From: Paraspadella gotoi
Lineage: Eukaryota > Animalia > Chaetognatha
DNA: 64,000 nucleotides
Direction of reading: 5' to 3'
NCBI GenBank assembly: GCA_051294375.1
Contig: CM119268.1
Span: 22,881,427-22,945,426, forward strand
The notes beneath the pieces are model-generated. The model saw nothing but the letters and a program-made list of their open reading frames with translations, was not told the DNA's origin and made no database searches. The translations under genes were made by a program, and so were the position numbers. This document shows positions 26,965-41,582 of this stretch, one piece after another (position 1 is the first letter of the stretch; the number at the start of each line of letters is the position of its first letter).

Positions 26965-29900
26965 ATGACAATGAACATCACTTACCTTCCGATCGGATCG
27001 ATGCAGTTGGGGCCCAACGGAGAACTCATCCCCACCTCGCTCGCCGTCTCACTCACCTCCAACTCGGATCAAGGTGAGGACGACGGATTAAATTAACTCG
27101 AGATTAATCATTTTCCCACCCGATTAAATTATTAATTATTTAACGGTTAATTAATTCCCAACGAGCATAATCATTTACCTACGAAAAAATAACGATAATA
27201 AACCTTTGAGGCAATACAATCAATACTATCAATACTTGATCGAAATACGACAATATGCAGATGAGACCGATGAACTCAATCTCAAATTTACTTTGCTACA
27301 ACTATTTTCAGTGGGCGTGTCGACGACGACGGCGACCTCCGGCGCCCAATCGACGCAGGGATGGAAAGTTTCGGACTTGACGTCCGTCTACTCGGCCCCG
27401 CATTCCTTCGCCATGATGGAACCCATCAACTCGGCGCCTTCTCACGGCGCGACAGGGGCTGGCGCCACCGCCACCATGGTACCGATGCAGATCAACCAAT
27501 TAAACGGTGAGGAGAGAGAGCGCCTGTCTGTTTGTGTGTGACTGTGAATGTCATTCACCATCCCGTCCGTCCTCAGGGGCGAACGTTGTCACGGCCGGCG
27601 GCCAGATCTTACAAACGACGGGCGAGCTCTCCGGCGCTCAAATCATTCAAGCGGCGCCCGGCACTCAGATCCTCCAAACCGGCGCCGTCTCGGGGAAGGC
27701 AGGCGGCGCCGCCAAAAACGTCGGCGTAAAAACTAAGACCAAATTTAAGCAAATGCAACAGCTGCAACCGCTGCAGTTGCAACAGCAGATCATTCTACAG
27801 CCTCAACAACTCCAGCATATACAGGTGGCCGCAGCGCCCGAGGGCCAAGTGCAGCAGCAGAATCAGCAACAGCAGCTGACGCAACAATTAGCGCAGGTAT
27901 ATCAAAAGTTGAATGAATAACAAACATCTATTACCAAATTATAACTTAAATGATTGTATTAGTTACAAACTGGAGCCACCATCATCGCCACTCCATTGTC
28001 TCAAATCCTTACCGAGGAAGGTCTTCCCGGTTACACCATCATTAAGATCGATCCTCAGCTGCAACAAGAACTCGCTCGAGTCCAGCAGCAGCAGCAACAA
28101 CAACAACAACAACAACAGCAAACTACGACGCAACCTCCACCGCCGCCGCCGTTGCAGCAGCACAGTCAGTCGGTTCAGCAACCTTCGCTACAGCAACAGA
28201 CGCATCGACAACAAGCCTCTCGTCAGGCTCTTCCGTTGCAGCAGCATCAGCAGCAACAACAGCCCCAACAGCAAATTCAGACGCTGACGCAGCCTCACGT
28301 CGGACAGCAAATCATTAAAGTAATTAAATTAAAATTATAGCTCTACGGCTAATTAGCAAGGGATATGTTGATATTTCAATTTAAATTATTTCAAGTCTTT
28401 AAGAATGCTACGATATGTAAATGAGATTAAAAAGGTCTTAATCTCATCTAATGAATGTTTTTTCCATTCCATCTCAACTCTTTCTTTCCTCTATCGATCA
28501 ATGAATAGAGGAAAGGTTTCTTTTGGAACTGCATATTGCATAGTGCATATTGCATAAACATTGACAAATGACAAGTGTGATGATGAATAATCTTCCCTCG
28601 TCATTGTCGCTTCAGATTCCCGCGAGTCAAAAGAAGAAGAAGAAAAGTCCAGTCGAAAGTTCAGCGGTGACGACGACGACCCCGACGTCGACGGTCGCCA
28701 CGACGACCACGATGGTCGATAAGGTTTCTGCTTTTTTTTTATTATTTTAAGTGATTCTAATTTTACTTTCACAAGAAAAAGGTTGGTTTTTAAAGTAATA
28801 ATATTTGTTCAAGAAAAAAAACATTTTTAACTTAAATAGTACAATTTATTTTAAAATTGTAATTATTATATTTAAATATTATTTACTTTTATCATATTTA
28901 TGAATATTTTAGGGGGGGGTGAGGGAAGGTAAGTGTTATTTCCTGGAGAGAGTGATCATTTACCTACAACGCATGGTTTATAAACTTTATGGTTAAAAAC
29001 GTAATGTTCTATTAGCGCCCCCCTCCTCTTTTTTTTCCCCCAACAGGTGACGTTTCAATGCGACCTCTGCCGCAAAGAATTCCAAAACCGGTTCAACCTG
29101 CGACGCCATCGAATCGGCGTCCACGGCGAAGAGAAACGATCCTTCCAGTGCGACATCTGCTTCAAGTTCCTCCACTACAGCGACAATCTGAGAAGACACA
29201 AGAAGAACGTGCACAACGTCCAATTGGGTAAAATGGGGAATTAGGGCGGACGGATTGGGGGAGGGCTGATCGCATTATCCTAATTTGAAAATTATGTTAT
29301 GAAGATCCTTCAACGCCTTCGCACTCACAACGATTAAAATTGAGGAAGAAATTTGTTCATTATTTTTTTTTATTTGATAATGAAGTGAAAACTTTTAAAA
29401 TATTTGGCAAAGAAATTTAATTATGCACAGAAATCTCATAAATGTTAAGAAGATATTTTATTTGGGTATTCCTTCGATTTGGATATGTTATCCGTTGAGG
29501 TATAACCGCATGTACTACATGTTTTTCATATCTAAGATAGAAATCCTTGTATTGGCTGTACTAATGGATTTCATTATTGTTATTATGCTATGTTATTATC
29601 TTGGAACAAGATAGATTATTTATTAATGCCTTATTTTTTTTGTTGGTTGTACTAATGTACTAATATAATGTATTAAAAATAAAATATTAACATCCGTCAT
29701 CGATTTCCAGGTTTGGTCGGTCGGTCCTCCGACGCTGGCGGCGTCCGCATCAAGCAAGAGGCGGATCAGCCCGTCCTTCCCGAGCTGCAGACGTCGGGCG
29801 AGCCTCTGACTATCAACGCCGAGTCGGGCGTCTCCGCCGCCACCGACTCCTCCCTCGCCGCCCTCGCCGCCTCCTCCTCCTCCTCCCTCTCCCTCGCCGT

Positions 29901-30333
29901 CGTTCCCAAGGTGGAGCGGCCGTCTTCGGCGTCCCGCCCCCACAAGACCTACATCTGCGACATCTGCGAGAAGAACCTGCACAACAACTACAACCTCAAG
30001 CGGCACAAGCAGGCGATCCACAAGGACACTCGCATCCTTTACGGATGCGACGAGTGCGAGAAGAACTTCACCTCCATCACCAACTACCGTCGGCACAAAA
30101 TCATGATCCACGGACCCGGCAAGCTCGCCTACCACTGCGACCGCTGTGATAAAAACCTGGCCAGCAAGGACGGGCTCAAGCGGCACATGGAGAGCGTCCA
30201 CGAGACCATTGGGAAGAACTTCGTCTGCACCACTTGCGGGAATCGATTCTTGCGGAAGGAATACCTCGCCAAACACGTCAAGACTCACGAGTTTAACTAC
30301 GCCATCTTGCCCGCGGACACTACCTTCGATTGA
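26965..30333 (+). CDS. Gln-rich transcription factor with six C2H2 zinc fingers (7 exons)
   Basis: Poly-Q region, two fingers in exon 29047-29227 and four in exon 29711-30333. GT-AG splicing in phase. Confidence 0.85.
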
Positions 30334-30745
30334 GGAGGAGGAGGGGTGGCCATATTTTGGGTGGTTTGACGAGGCCTTGGATCGAGAGACCTCTTTATTT
30401 TGTCTTTTACCTTTTTTTGTAAAGAGGCTTCTGCTCGATTCGAGTCGTTAAATCCTAACTAACGTCGTTGTAACAAGCTTCACACATAAAAGAAAACCAC
30501 ACACAAACACACACACTCTCTCTCTCGCGCGGATGAAAAAACAAACAACAAAACTAACCCTTTTCTTTATTTTCTCTCTCTCTCTCTCTCTCTTTTCATA
30601 TCTCTTTTACACTATCACCATATTATTATAATCCAATCATCCGATTTTTAAAAAAAGTGATAATGCCATCTTCTTTTTGCAATTTTTAGCTTCGAGCATT
30701 TTTTTTTCATATTTTTTATCATTTAAGTCGATTAATCCCCTTCAC

Positions 30746-30856
<111 letters not shown>

Positions 30857-31627
30857 CCCCCACAGTTCTCGATAATCTTCCACTAATGTAGAAATCCGGT
30901 TTTTTTAGACAACATATTCCGAGCTAGTCCTTTGAATGCTGATTTTTTCTCGTTCTCTTAGTTTTACTGTTTTCTAGTATTTTCTTAGAAATGCGCACCG
31001 ATTTTTCGTCGATTGATAATTGGGATCACGACTTACGTTCGTGGGCGGGCACTTTTTTTCATTTTGTTTCGGAAGGGGAAAAGGCGCGGGGTCTTGTTCA
31101 AGACCGTCGTTTACACCGATCGCTGTTTTTTTTTTTTTTTTTTTTTTACAGTCATTTAGTTAGCGGTATTTGTGCATTAATTTATACCATTTTATTAAAT
31201 GTCGTGGATATTGATCAGGGAAATCATTTTAAAGCCCCTTTTTTTTTCAAACAAAACGGAATAAAAAAAAACATAAAAAATAAACATACTTTATCTCTTT
31301 TTTTGTGATATGCATAAATATTTAATTACAAAAATACTTTGTATGCAGATGAATGTAATAACCAACGGTTTGCCAAAGACAAAGAATCGGAGGACAAGTT
31401 ATGTCTCTCGAATGCCCGATTTCATTATAATGTACTCTCGCACAAAATAAAACTTACTAATCGTTGACGAATTGGCATCCTGGGTCCTGTCCGGCCTCGT
31501 GACGGGTCTGTCTCGGCATGCCTCGTCCTGTTAAGGATCGTAACCCCCCGTCTTGGCTCGTCAAACATTGCGATATCAAAGAAAGAAAAAAGACGCCCGA
31601 ATTTTGTATCAAAAAAGAAAGAGAAAA

Positions 31628-34354
31628 ATGACTCTCAAAGTTTTAAAGTCTTTTGTACTTGGACACAAATTTATCTTTCGTCGTCCTTATTCGCGTGTGA
31701 TGCTTGTGGTCCAAAAGGGCGATGTTGGGTCCCCATCCAACCCTTCCCCGGATTCTAAGTCGAATCGCGAGCGGGTCGTCATCCTGGGATCAGGATGGGC
31801 CGGGTTTCGCCTGGCGAAAGACTTGGACAAGTCAAAGTTTGAAGTCGTCGTTGTATCGCCGAGGTAATCATCATCGTAGATATTATAACACTGACGACGA
31901 CTCACGTTTTTGTCGTCGTTAATTTTAAAATAGATATGAAAAAGGCGATAAATGGGCTGAAGAGTGCTATCCGCAACTTCTTTAAACCCTCTAGCAGCCA
32001 TAGAATGGGTCCTGGGCTTGGAACCAGGCTTGAGGGTTTTCCAGACGCCAAAGGCGATTTAATGCTGTCTTCACTTCTCACGCTTCCGGCTGGGTAGGTA
32101 CTAGGTACCTTTGTCGATTGATCCCGTTAAATTGTGGCCATGGTATTACTCAATGAGCCACCAGGTCAAGACTGAAGGTGTCCTGCTTATAGGCGCTTAA
32201 ACTTATTGCAATGCCCGACTACATATCTAATAACTTTCTTCTATTTTGAATACTGTGCATTCTGTGCATACTGTTAATGATACATAGATTTCTCCCCCAA
32301 ACCATCTAGAAATCACTTCCTCTTTACTCCTCTCCTTCCTTCGACCACGACGGGGACTCTGGAATTTCGCTGCGCCCAAGAACCTGTCAGAACCATCAAA
32401 GGTTGTTTAATCCTGCCTACCCCGTAGGCATAACGGGTATATATGAGCGTGGGGAGTGACCAAATGGGTGTCACCGAGAATCTTGGCGGGTCAGAATGTC
32501 TCGCTATAACCCGAGGACAGATTGATTACGGGCAGAGGTGTGTTGACAGTCTATGCACCCTAAAATCTACCCTGTAATAGATCAGATAGGAAACACAACG
32601 ACGATCAGTAACCACTGATAAGCTAATTATAGCCCAACACCTCTTTTATAATAATTAAACGCCCAGAATACTGAAGGAGAAAGCAGTAAACAATAAATCA
32701 TAATCAAAGAATAATGAGCGAACGATATAAGAATAATAAATGAATGAGCAGCCGCTTAATATAATGTTTCATTTGTAAACATTAACATTTAAACGAATAA
32801 GAGGAACCTTTACGAAAGTTTCTTCCCAACAACTTCTCACCGATGATATGTTTCTTTGTGATCAGGCGTGAAGTATCACCAGTCGAGGGCGGAGTCGATC
32901 GACTTTGAGCAAAAATTTGTCAGATGTCTCGACTTTTATCCGCAGCATCAAAGAGGTGAATTAGATCGCAGGTTGTTAATCCTCAGCGTAGATTAAATTT
33001 AATTTCTTCCTGCAGAACTCATCCGATTCAACTTACCATTTGACAAACTCGTCATCGCGGTTGGGACCAAATCTACAACCTTCGGCGTTCCCGGTCTCGC
33101 CAGCTACGAAGGTGAGGTCTCATCGTCTTTCACTCGATTCACGTTTCTCTGTATTTTCTCTCTTGGCTTTATTTCCTCGTGTTCGTCCTCAGAAACGGGG
33201 GATCCCCGCGTGGTCTCCGTCACCGGAACCGATCGTCACAACGTCATGTTCCTCAAGCAGCTCACCCACGCGCGCTCCATTCGCAACCGAATCATCGAGT
33301 GCTTCGAACGCGCCTCCAACCCTCACGTCACCGATGTCGAGAGGCGAGTCCCAATCTAGAAAACTTACCTAGAACCACAAAAATCTTATAAAAATATAAT
33401 AACAAGACGACAATAAGCAAATAAGATGGATGATCTCTATTTCACTGAAAATGATACACAAAATTAATCTGATAAATGTTCACTGGGATGTTGACAATTG
33501 TCCAACTTGTAAAGTGGTCAGCCAGGCAATGATTTATGTCTTCATTTCCACCGATTCGTCATTTTTGTCTTCAGATCTCGACTCCTAACGTTCGTCGTCG
33601 TCGGCGGCGGACCTACCTCCGTAGAATTCGCCTCCGAACTTCACGACTTTCTCAAGAACGACGTGACGATGTGGTTCAAGGTTCGAGACCCGTTCGAGTT
33701 CGAGTCTTTTCCTTATTTTTTTTAATATTTTTTTTTAAATTGACAATATATGGATCGACCAGGATCTTAAAGCGGAAGTTCGTGTCATCATCGTCGAAGC
33801 GGGAAAAAATCTCTTGGGTTCCTTCGACTCTTCACTTCAGTCTTACGTCAAGAAAAAATTTCAAAAGAGGTGAGAGGGATTAGAGGGGACTGAGGTCTAG
33901 GGATTCGGGGAATAGGGTTTGGGGATTGTGGAGGAGGGTATGAGCAGAAAAAGAAAATAGGATTCTAGAGGGAGGAAAGAAGAAAATGTTTCCTTTTTTT
34001 TCTTTTAGTTTTTGATTTTTTTTCTTTTACTTTTTCACGTAGAAACATCGAAGTTCTCACCGAAGTTTTTGTGACGGAAGTGAAGGCTGAATCTGTGATG
34101 GTTAAACGGATCGGGATCGAAAGAGGTTGGTCATCGCGCTCTCTCTCTCTCTCTCTCTCGTATCTAATTGGATTTCAGATCTCTAATCTCTCTCTCTCTG
34201 TCAGAGGATGAAATTCCCTTCGGCATCTGCGTTTGGGCGACTGGGAACGAGACGTTACACTTCGTCAAGAATCTCGGGTTGGAGACTTTTAAGGGCGGAC
34301 CAGCGAAGGGGAGGATCAAGATAGACGAGTGCCTCAATGTCGCCGATCGCTCGG

Positions 34355-34413
<59 letters not shown>

Positions 34414-34962
34414 AAAATCATATTTTGTTAATTTAATTTTGTAGTCTCATGTCGCGAAGACGTTTACGCGTTGGGTGACTGCGCGGGGAATCAAAATGAT
34501 CCGCTCGGACTTTTGGCTCAGGTTATTCTTTTGTTTCAACCTTCTCTTTTTGCCCCTCGACTTCGTCCCAACCCCGAGAGCATCAATGGTTGATCACCCC
34601 TGCTTGGCTTGCTCCCTAGGTTGCCAATCAACAGGGCAAATACCTGGCCAAGTCTTTGAACAAAGGTCGGCGGGATCCTTTTTGTTACACCTTCATGGGA
34701 TCGATGGCGCAACTGGGGACGTTCGACGCCGTCGTCGAAGGTCGGTCTATTTTTTTTTTTATAAAAGAATAGTTATGTAATTTTTAAATAATTATATAAT
34801 ACAACAGGCCCGTTCAAGAAATCAAGTTTCTCCGGTCTGATGGCTTTCCTCGCCTGGCGATCTGCCTACTGGACTTACTCCGTCTCCATCACCAACAAGA
34901 TGCTCATCCCGATGTATTGGTTCAAGTCTTTCTGGTTCGGCAGAGACATCTCCAAGTTTTAA
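31628..34962 (+). CDS. Type II (alternative) NADH:quinone oxidoreductase, NDH-2 / NDA-Ndi1-like, with N-terminal mitochondrial-type presequence (12 exons)
   Basis: [51 protein letters not shown], quinone-site [22 protein letters not shown]. One GC-AG intron. Confidence 0.93.
31937..32223. mobile_element. Structured TG...CA-bounded insertion in NDH-2 intron 1
   Basis: GC-richer than the flanking intron, with several hairpins. Ends lie within an 8-bp inverted repeat TAGATATG/CATATCTA. Confidence 0.35.
32404..32639. mobile_element. Structured TGTT...AACA insertion at the start of NDH-2 intron 2
   Basis: TGTT/AACA ends, multiple hairpins, motifs shared with 20906-21083. Confidence 0.4.
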
Positions 34963-35410
34963 AGAAATGCTGCTGATGCTGCTGCTGCCGCGGCGGTATG
35001 CGTCGCCGAAATTACCCGCGGCTGCTGATGCTGCTGATTTGTTGTGACTCTAGCAGCGGATATAAAGAGACGTGTTTCGCTTTTTTTTTTTTTGTTGTGC
35101 CTCGTGGAAACGAACTGATTTTCGTGACTGTTTTGTTTTCGAATAAAATGTGGTCCGCGCTGGATTGATTTATTTTATTTTCGTTGTTTTTTTGAATTAT
35201 TAATCACGTGATTAGATTAATTTTTAATTATTTTGAAAATTAATTTTTTAAAAATGTTCTGAATTAGTGCCAATCATGTTAATGGAGCGGAGTTGATTTA
35301 TACGATTTTTATTTTATAAAGATATATTTTTTCCCAGTATTGTTTTTTCCGAACGATTTACGAGTCGGAAAGTTTTCTTTCTTCAGATTTCGATCTCGTA
35401 AAAGAATTAG

Positions 35411-35418
35411 TATCGATA
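35411..35418. promoter_or_regulatory. DRE-like element TATCGATA upstream of the RING gene
   Basis: Perfect TATCGATA plus adjacent ATCGAT/CGATA copies, ~230 bp before the ATG. Confidence 0.4.
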
Positions 35419-35645
35419 GCGATCGATGATACTAACGATAGCAGCTCTCGATGCTTTGTGTCGCTTTAAATGTCTTGGTGTTGATTCGCACGTTTCTTGT
35501 TCGCGGGTCGGGACCTAAAAAAAAATCATATTGTGCAAATTCAAAAATAATAATAATAACTTAACACTATTTTTTACGATTTGATGTTAAACTTAATGTT
35601 TATTATTAATTTGTTTCACCCGACGAAATTCGACTTTTTTCAGAA

Positions 35646-38562
<2,917 letters not shown>

Positions 38563-39096
38563 GGAGGAAAAAAGACCTGCGTCCGAATTTAATTGTTAAT
38601 TAGTTAATCTCATACTAGATTTGTAGATTGGAGTAAATTCATCGTCGCGATTCTCTCCCCCTCCCTCCTCCACTTAATTTTCGAAACGCGGCCATATCTA
38701 GATTCTTTTTATTTTTTTTTTTTGGTTTTTATTCGTTCGTTCAATTTTTTTTGTGGTCTTATTTGTTAATTCAATGTTAGTAAACGTTTGTTTTTATTCA
38801 CTACAGGGAAATAGTTGTGACGAAAAAAAAAACAAACTGGTAACAGATACGTGAAAAAAACAAAAAAAAACAAACTGAAATCCGCCTCAAGATTTCTGAG
38901 AAAAATACAAGACCGAAGTTGTGGTCCTAAAAATCTCAACTTCCTGTTTCTCTCTGGATCATTATCCCTCGCTCCTTTCTCCTTTCTCCTTTTTCCTTTT
39001 TCCTTTCTCCTTTTCCAGTTCTCCTTTTCCAGTTCAAATCCCTTTTTTTTTTCTAAAATCCTCTCAAACAGCAACTCTCCCAACCCTGACCCAGCC

Positions 39097-41582
39097 ATGC
39101 ACCGCCCATCTCCCAACTCCTCCCCTCGAGGTCACCCGAACCAACAACATCACCATCATCTCATCTCCCATCCTCAAACTCCGGCCACGCCCTCCATCCC
39201 CGGCGCCCCTTCGTCGCCGCATCTCTCGGCGTCGCCGTCGGCCGCGACGCCGGGATCCGATCCGGCGTCGCCGATCGCTCACGCGTCTCACGCTCATCTG
39301 AGTCATCATCATCCATCGCTGCTTCACTTTCTTCCCTTTCACGGGGCGCCCGTCGTCGCGGGTGAGCTTGGGGGGGGGTGGGGGGAGTGGTAAGCTTGCC
39401 TTCTTTAGGGAATAATTTAACTAAACCATTATGGCAACGGGAGGATAGCCTGTGATACCCGGGGCGCGGGGTATCTCACCACCTGGCGTCGGGGCTGCGG
39501 ACCCTCAGTGACCGCCTCCTGTCACTGGCATGTTTATACCGGCACCGTCACATTTAAGCCAGAACCGGATAACCCAGGGATTGAACCCGGGACGCACGGA
39601 TGGAATGAGATGATTTAGCCTGCTCAGCCATTGAGACGAGGCTGAGGACGCCAGTGAGGCAGCTTTAAGTCTTGCTGCCACAGGATCCCCACCAGACTTC
39701 TCCACAGGGGCCTCAATCCTGAGGAGATGTCTGAGAGAAGGTTTTGATCTCATTGCCTAGTGAGAGCGAGCGGGCGAATGAGCAAGCGAGTCTGGAGCGT
39801 TACCAGAGAAGTAGGGCATAGGCGTGATATGCATACCCTAAGCGACGTAAGCATGGGCGCACGGTGCGCAGCGGTTGCGTGTTCGAGAGTAGGGCTCACC
39901 ACTTATGGCAACGGGAGGATAGCCTGTGATGCGCGGGGTATCTCACCACCTGGCGTAGGGGCTGCGGACCCTCAGTGACCGCCTCCTGTCACTGGCATGT
40001 TTATACGCCACCGTCACATTTAAGCCAGAACCGGGATACCCAGGGATTGAACCGGGACGCAGGATGGAATGAGATGATTTAGCCTGCTCAGCCATTGAGA
40101 CGAGGCTGAGGACGGACAGCAGTGAGGCAGTTTAAAGTCTTGCTGCCACACCATCCCTTTTTTTTTTATTAATTGTAAAACTAAATGATTATTACTCATA
40201 ATTAAAAGTATTTTTTTTTAAATTATTTTTAATTAAGCTTTTGAAAAAAAAAACTATGACCGAATCCAAAGATAGGGGAAATATTCCAAACTGCTACAAT
40301 ATTCAAATGAGATTAAGAAACTCGATCAATTTTACATTCTTATATCTTCGATGTTTTTCTCGTTCCTTCTCTTTCCCCTTTCTTTTCTCCCCTTCCTTTT
40401 CTCCCATTCCTTTTCTCTCCCCATCTCTTTCTTTTCTTCCCCCATCTCTTTCTTTTCTTCCCCTATTTTTCTCTCCTTCCCCCTTCGTCCCTCCCCTCCC
40501 TCAAGATCAGCGCGCGAAATTCGAAAACGACGAACTCTTGCGAAAATTGTCCCGGGAATCCGAGATCCGCTACACGGGTCATCGGGATCGACCTCACGAC
40601 GAGAGGGTCATGAGGTAAAGGGTCTCGACTCTCGAGAGTCTCGAGTCTGAAACGGATTTATTTAAATTATTATTAATTCTTTTAACTCCCAATTGATCCG
40701 GGATTTTCCTTCCGTCAGATTCGCAGCGGATTGCCGCGACGGTCGATTGGACATCGCTTACGCTTCGACGGGAACGAATTTCGGTCTCGTCAGGTCAGAT
40801 ACCATTTATCAATTAACTAATCGTTTTAACTCGTTGGGAAAACCTTTTTTAATTTTTTTTTTTTAACACGGTTATTGATTTAGTAATAGTTTATAATTGA
40901 TTCAGTCTTTGCATATGGATGGAAAATAATAAAACAAAGTAGATTTAATATGTTATTCCTTGTGAATAAATCTACTTTTTTATTATTTCCCATCCATATG
41001 CCAGACGGAATCAATTATCAACTATGACTAGACACTAATCCTCCCAGAATCATGACTGAAACTCTATCCGATTTTGATTTCTTTTTTCTCCGATTTTAGT
41101 TCCAATTCCGATTCTGACTTTTTCGATTTCGATCGCGAACCCGGAAAAGTTCACGTCTCCTCTTCGCTCATCTTCAACGGAGTCTGCGTCAAGTGGGTCG
41201 GGGTGCTCGATCTGCAGGTTAGTCTTCTTAATATCATGTATATATTGTTACAATTTTTAGTTAGATATTAAATACTACCTTAGTCTTTCGGTTTTTCGAC
41301 AATGTTAAAGATTTAACAAGAATCGGTGGGAGTATTTTGATTAAATAGATGCTGAGCCATTAGGACGTGAAGATTTAAAAAAATAAGATAAAATATTATA
41401 CATTGACTTAATATTTTCTTTTCCCCTTTCCTTACCTTCTCTTTCCTTACCTCCAGCGCATCGACGGTGTTGGTCAGTTACAGTTCGACGAGGTTGCGGC
41501 ACGTGCCTTCCAGGGCCAGTGCGCCCCGCCCGCAGAGGCGCAGCAGCAGGCCGACCACCCCGTCGTTACGGCATCCGCTTAA
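39097..41582 (+). CDS. CBFB: Core-binding factor beta (Brother/Big brother) with His/Pro-rich N-terminal extension (5 exons)
   Basis: VVADQRAKFENDELLRKLSRESEIRYTGHRDRP, CRDGR..STGTN, DREPGKVH..IFNGVCVKW.G.LDLQRIDGVG. Confidence 0.93.
39483..39562 (-). ncRNA. Type-P5 twister ribozyme in the 3' LTR (predicted U|A cleavage between 39536 and 39535)
   Basis: Minus strand: P5 CUGGC, UUAA, P2' AUGU, GA, CGG, short P1 hairpin UGCCGGUA, UAA, P2 ACAU, GC, P3 hairpin CAGUGAC/GUCACUG, AGGG-U-CCG-CA-GC-CCCG, P5' GCCAG. Confidence 0.85.
39950..40028 (-). ncRNA. Type-P5 twister ribozyme in the 5' LTR (predicted cleavage between 40003 and 40002)
   Basis: Same fold as 39483-39562, with a perfect P4 AGGG/CCCU. 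Confidence 0.85.
40881..41030. repeat. Imperfect ~150-bp palindrome (MITE-like) in CBFB intron 3
   Basis: The arm TAGT..ATAATTGATTC..GCATATGGATGG.AAATAATAAAA..AGTAGATTTA pairs with its downstream reverse complement. Confidence 0.75.

Larger units (their letters stand above)
39430..40150 (-). mobile_element. Non-coding miniature LTR retroelement (TRIM/retrozyme-like): LTRs 40150-39904 and 39682-39430, 221-bp internal region
   Basis: Two ~250-bp direct repeats. Minus-strand ends TGTGGCA...TGCCATA. TSD CCAT at 39426-39429 and 40151-40154. PBS-like TGGTGAGCCC 2 nt after the 5' LTR. Weak purine-rich tract before the 3' LTR. No coding capacity. Confidence 0.9.

Noticed and set aside
39570-39640. 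tRNA gene on the minus strand
   Set aside because: A/B boxes are present but there is no acceptor or anticodon stem. Reported only as a possible promoter.
39640-39670. CTGAGGA hammerhead-like motif in the LTR
   Set aside because: No GAAA partner on either strand. The twister fold on the minus strand explains the conservation.
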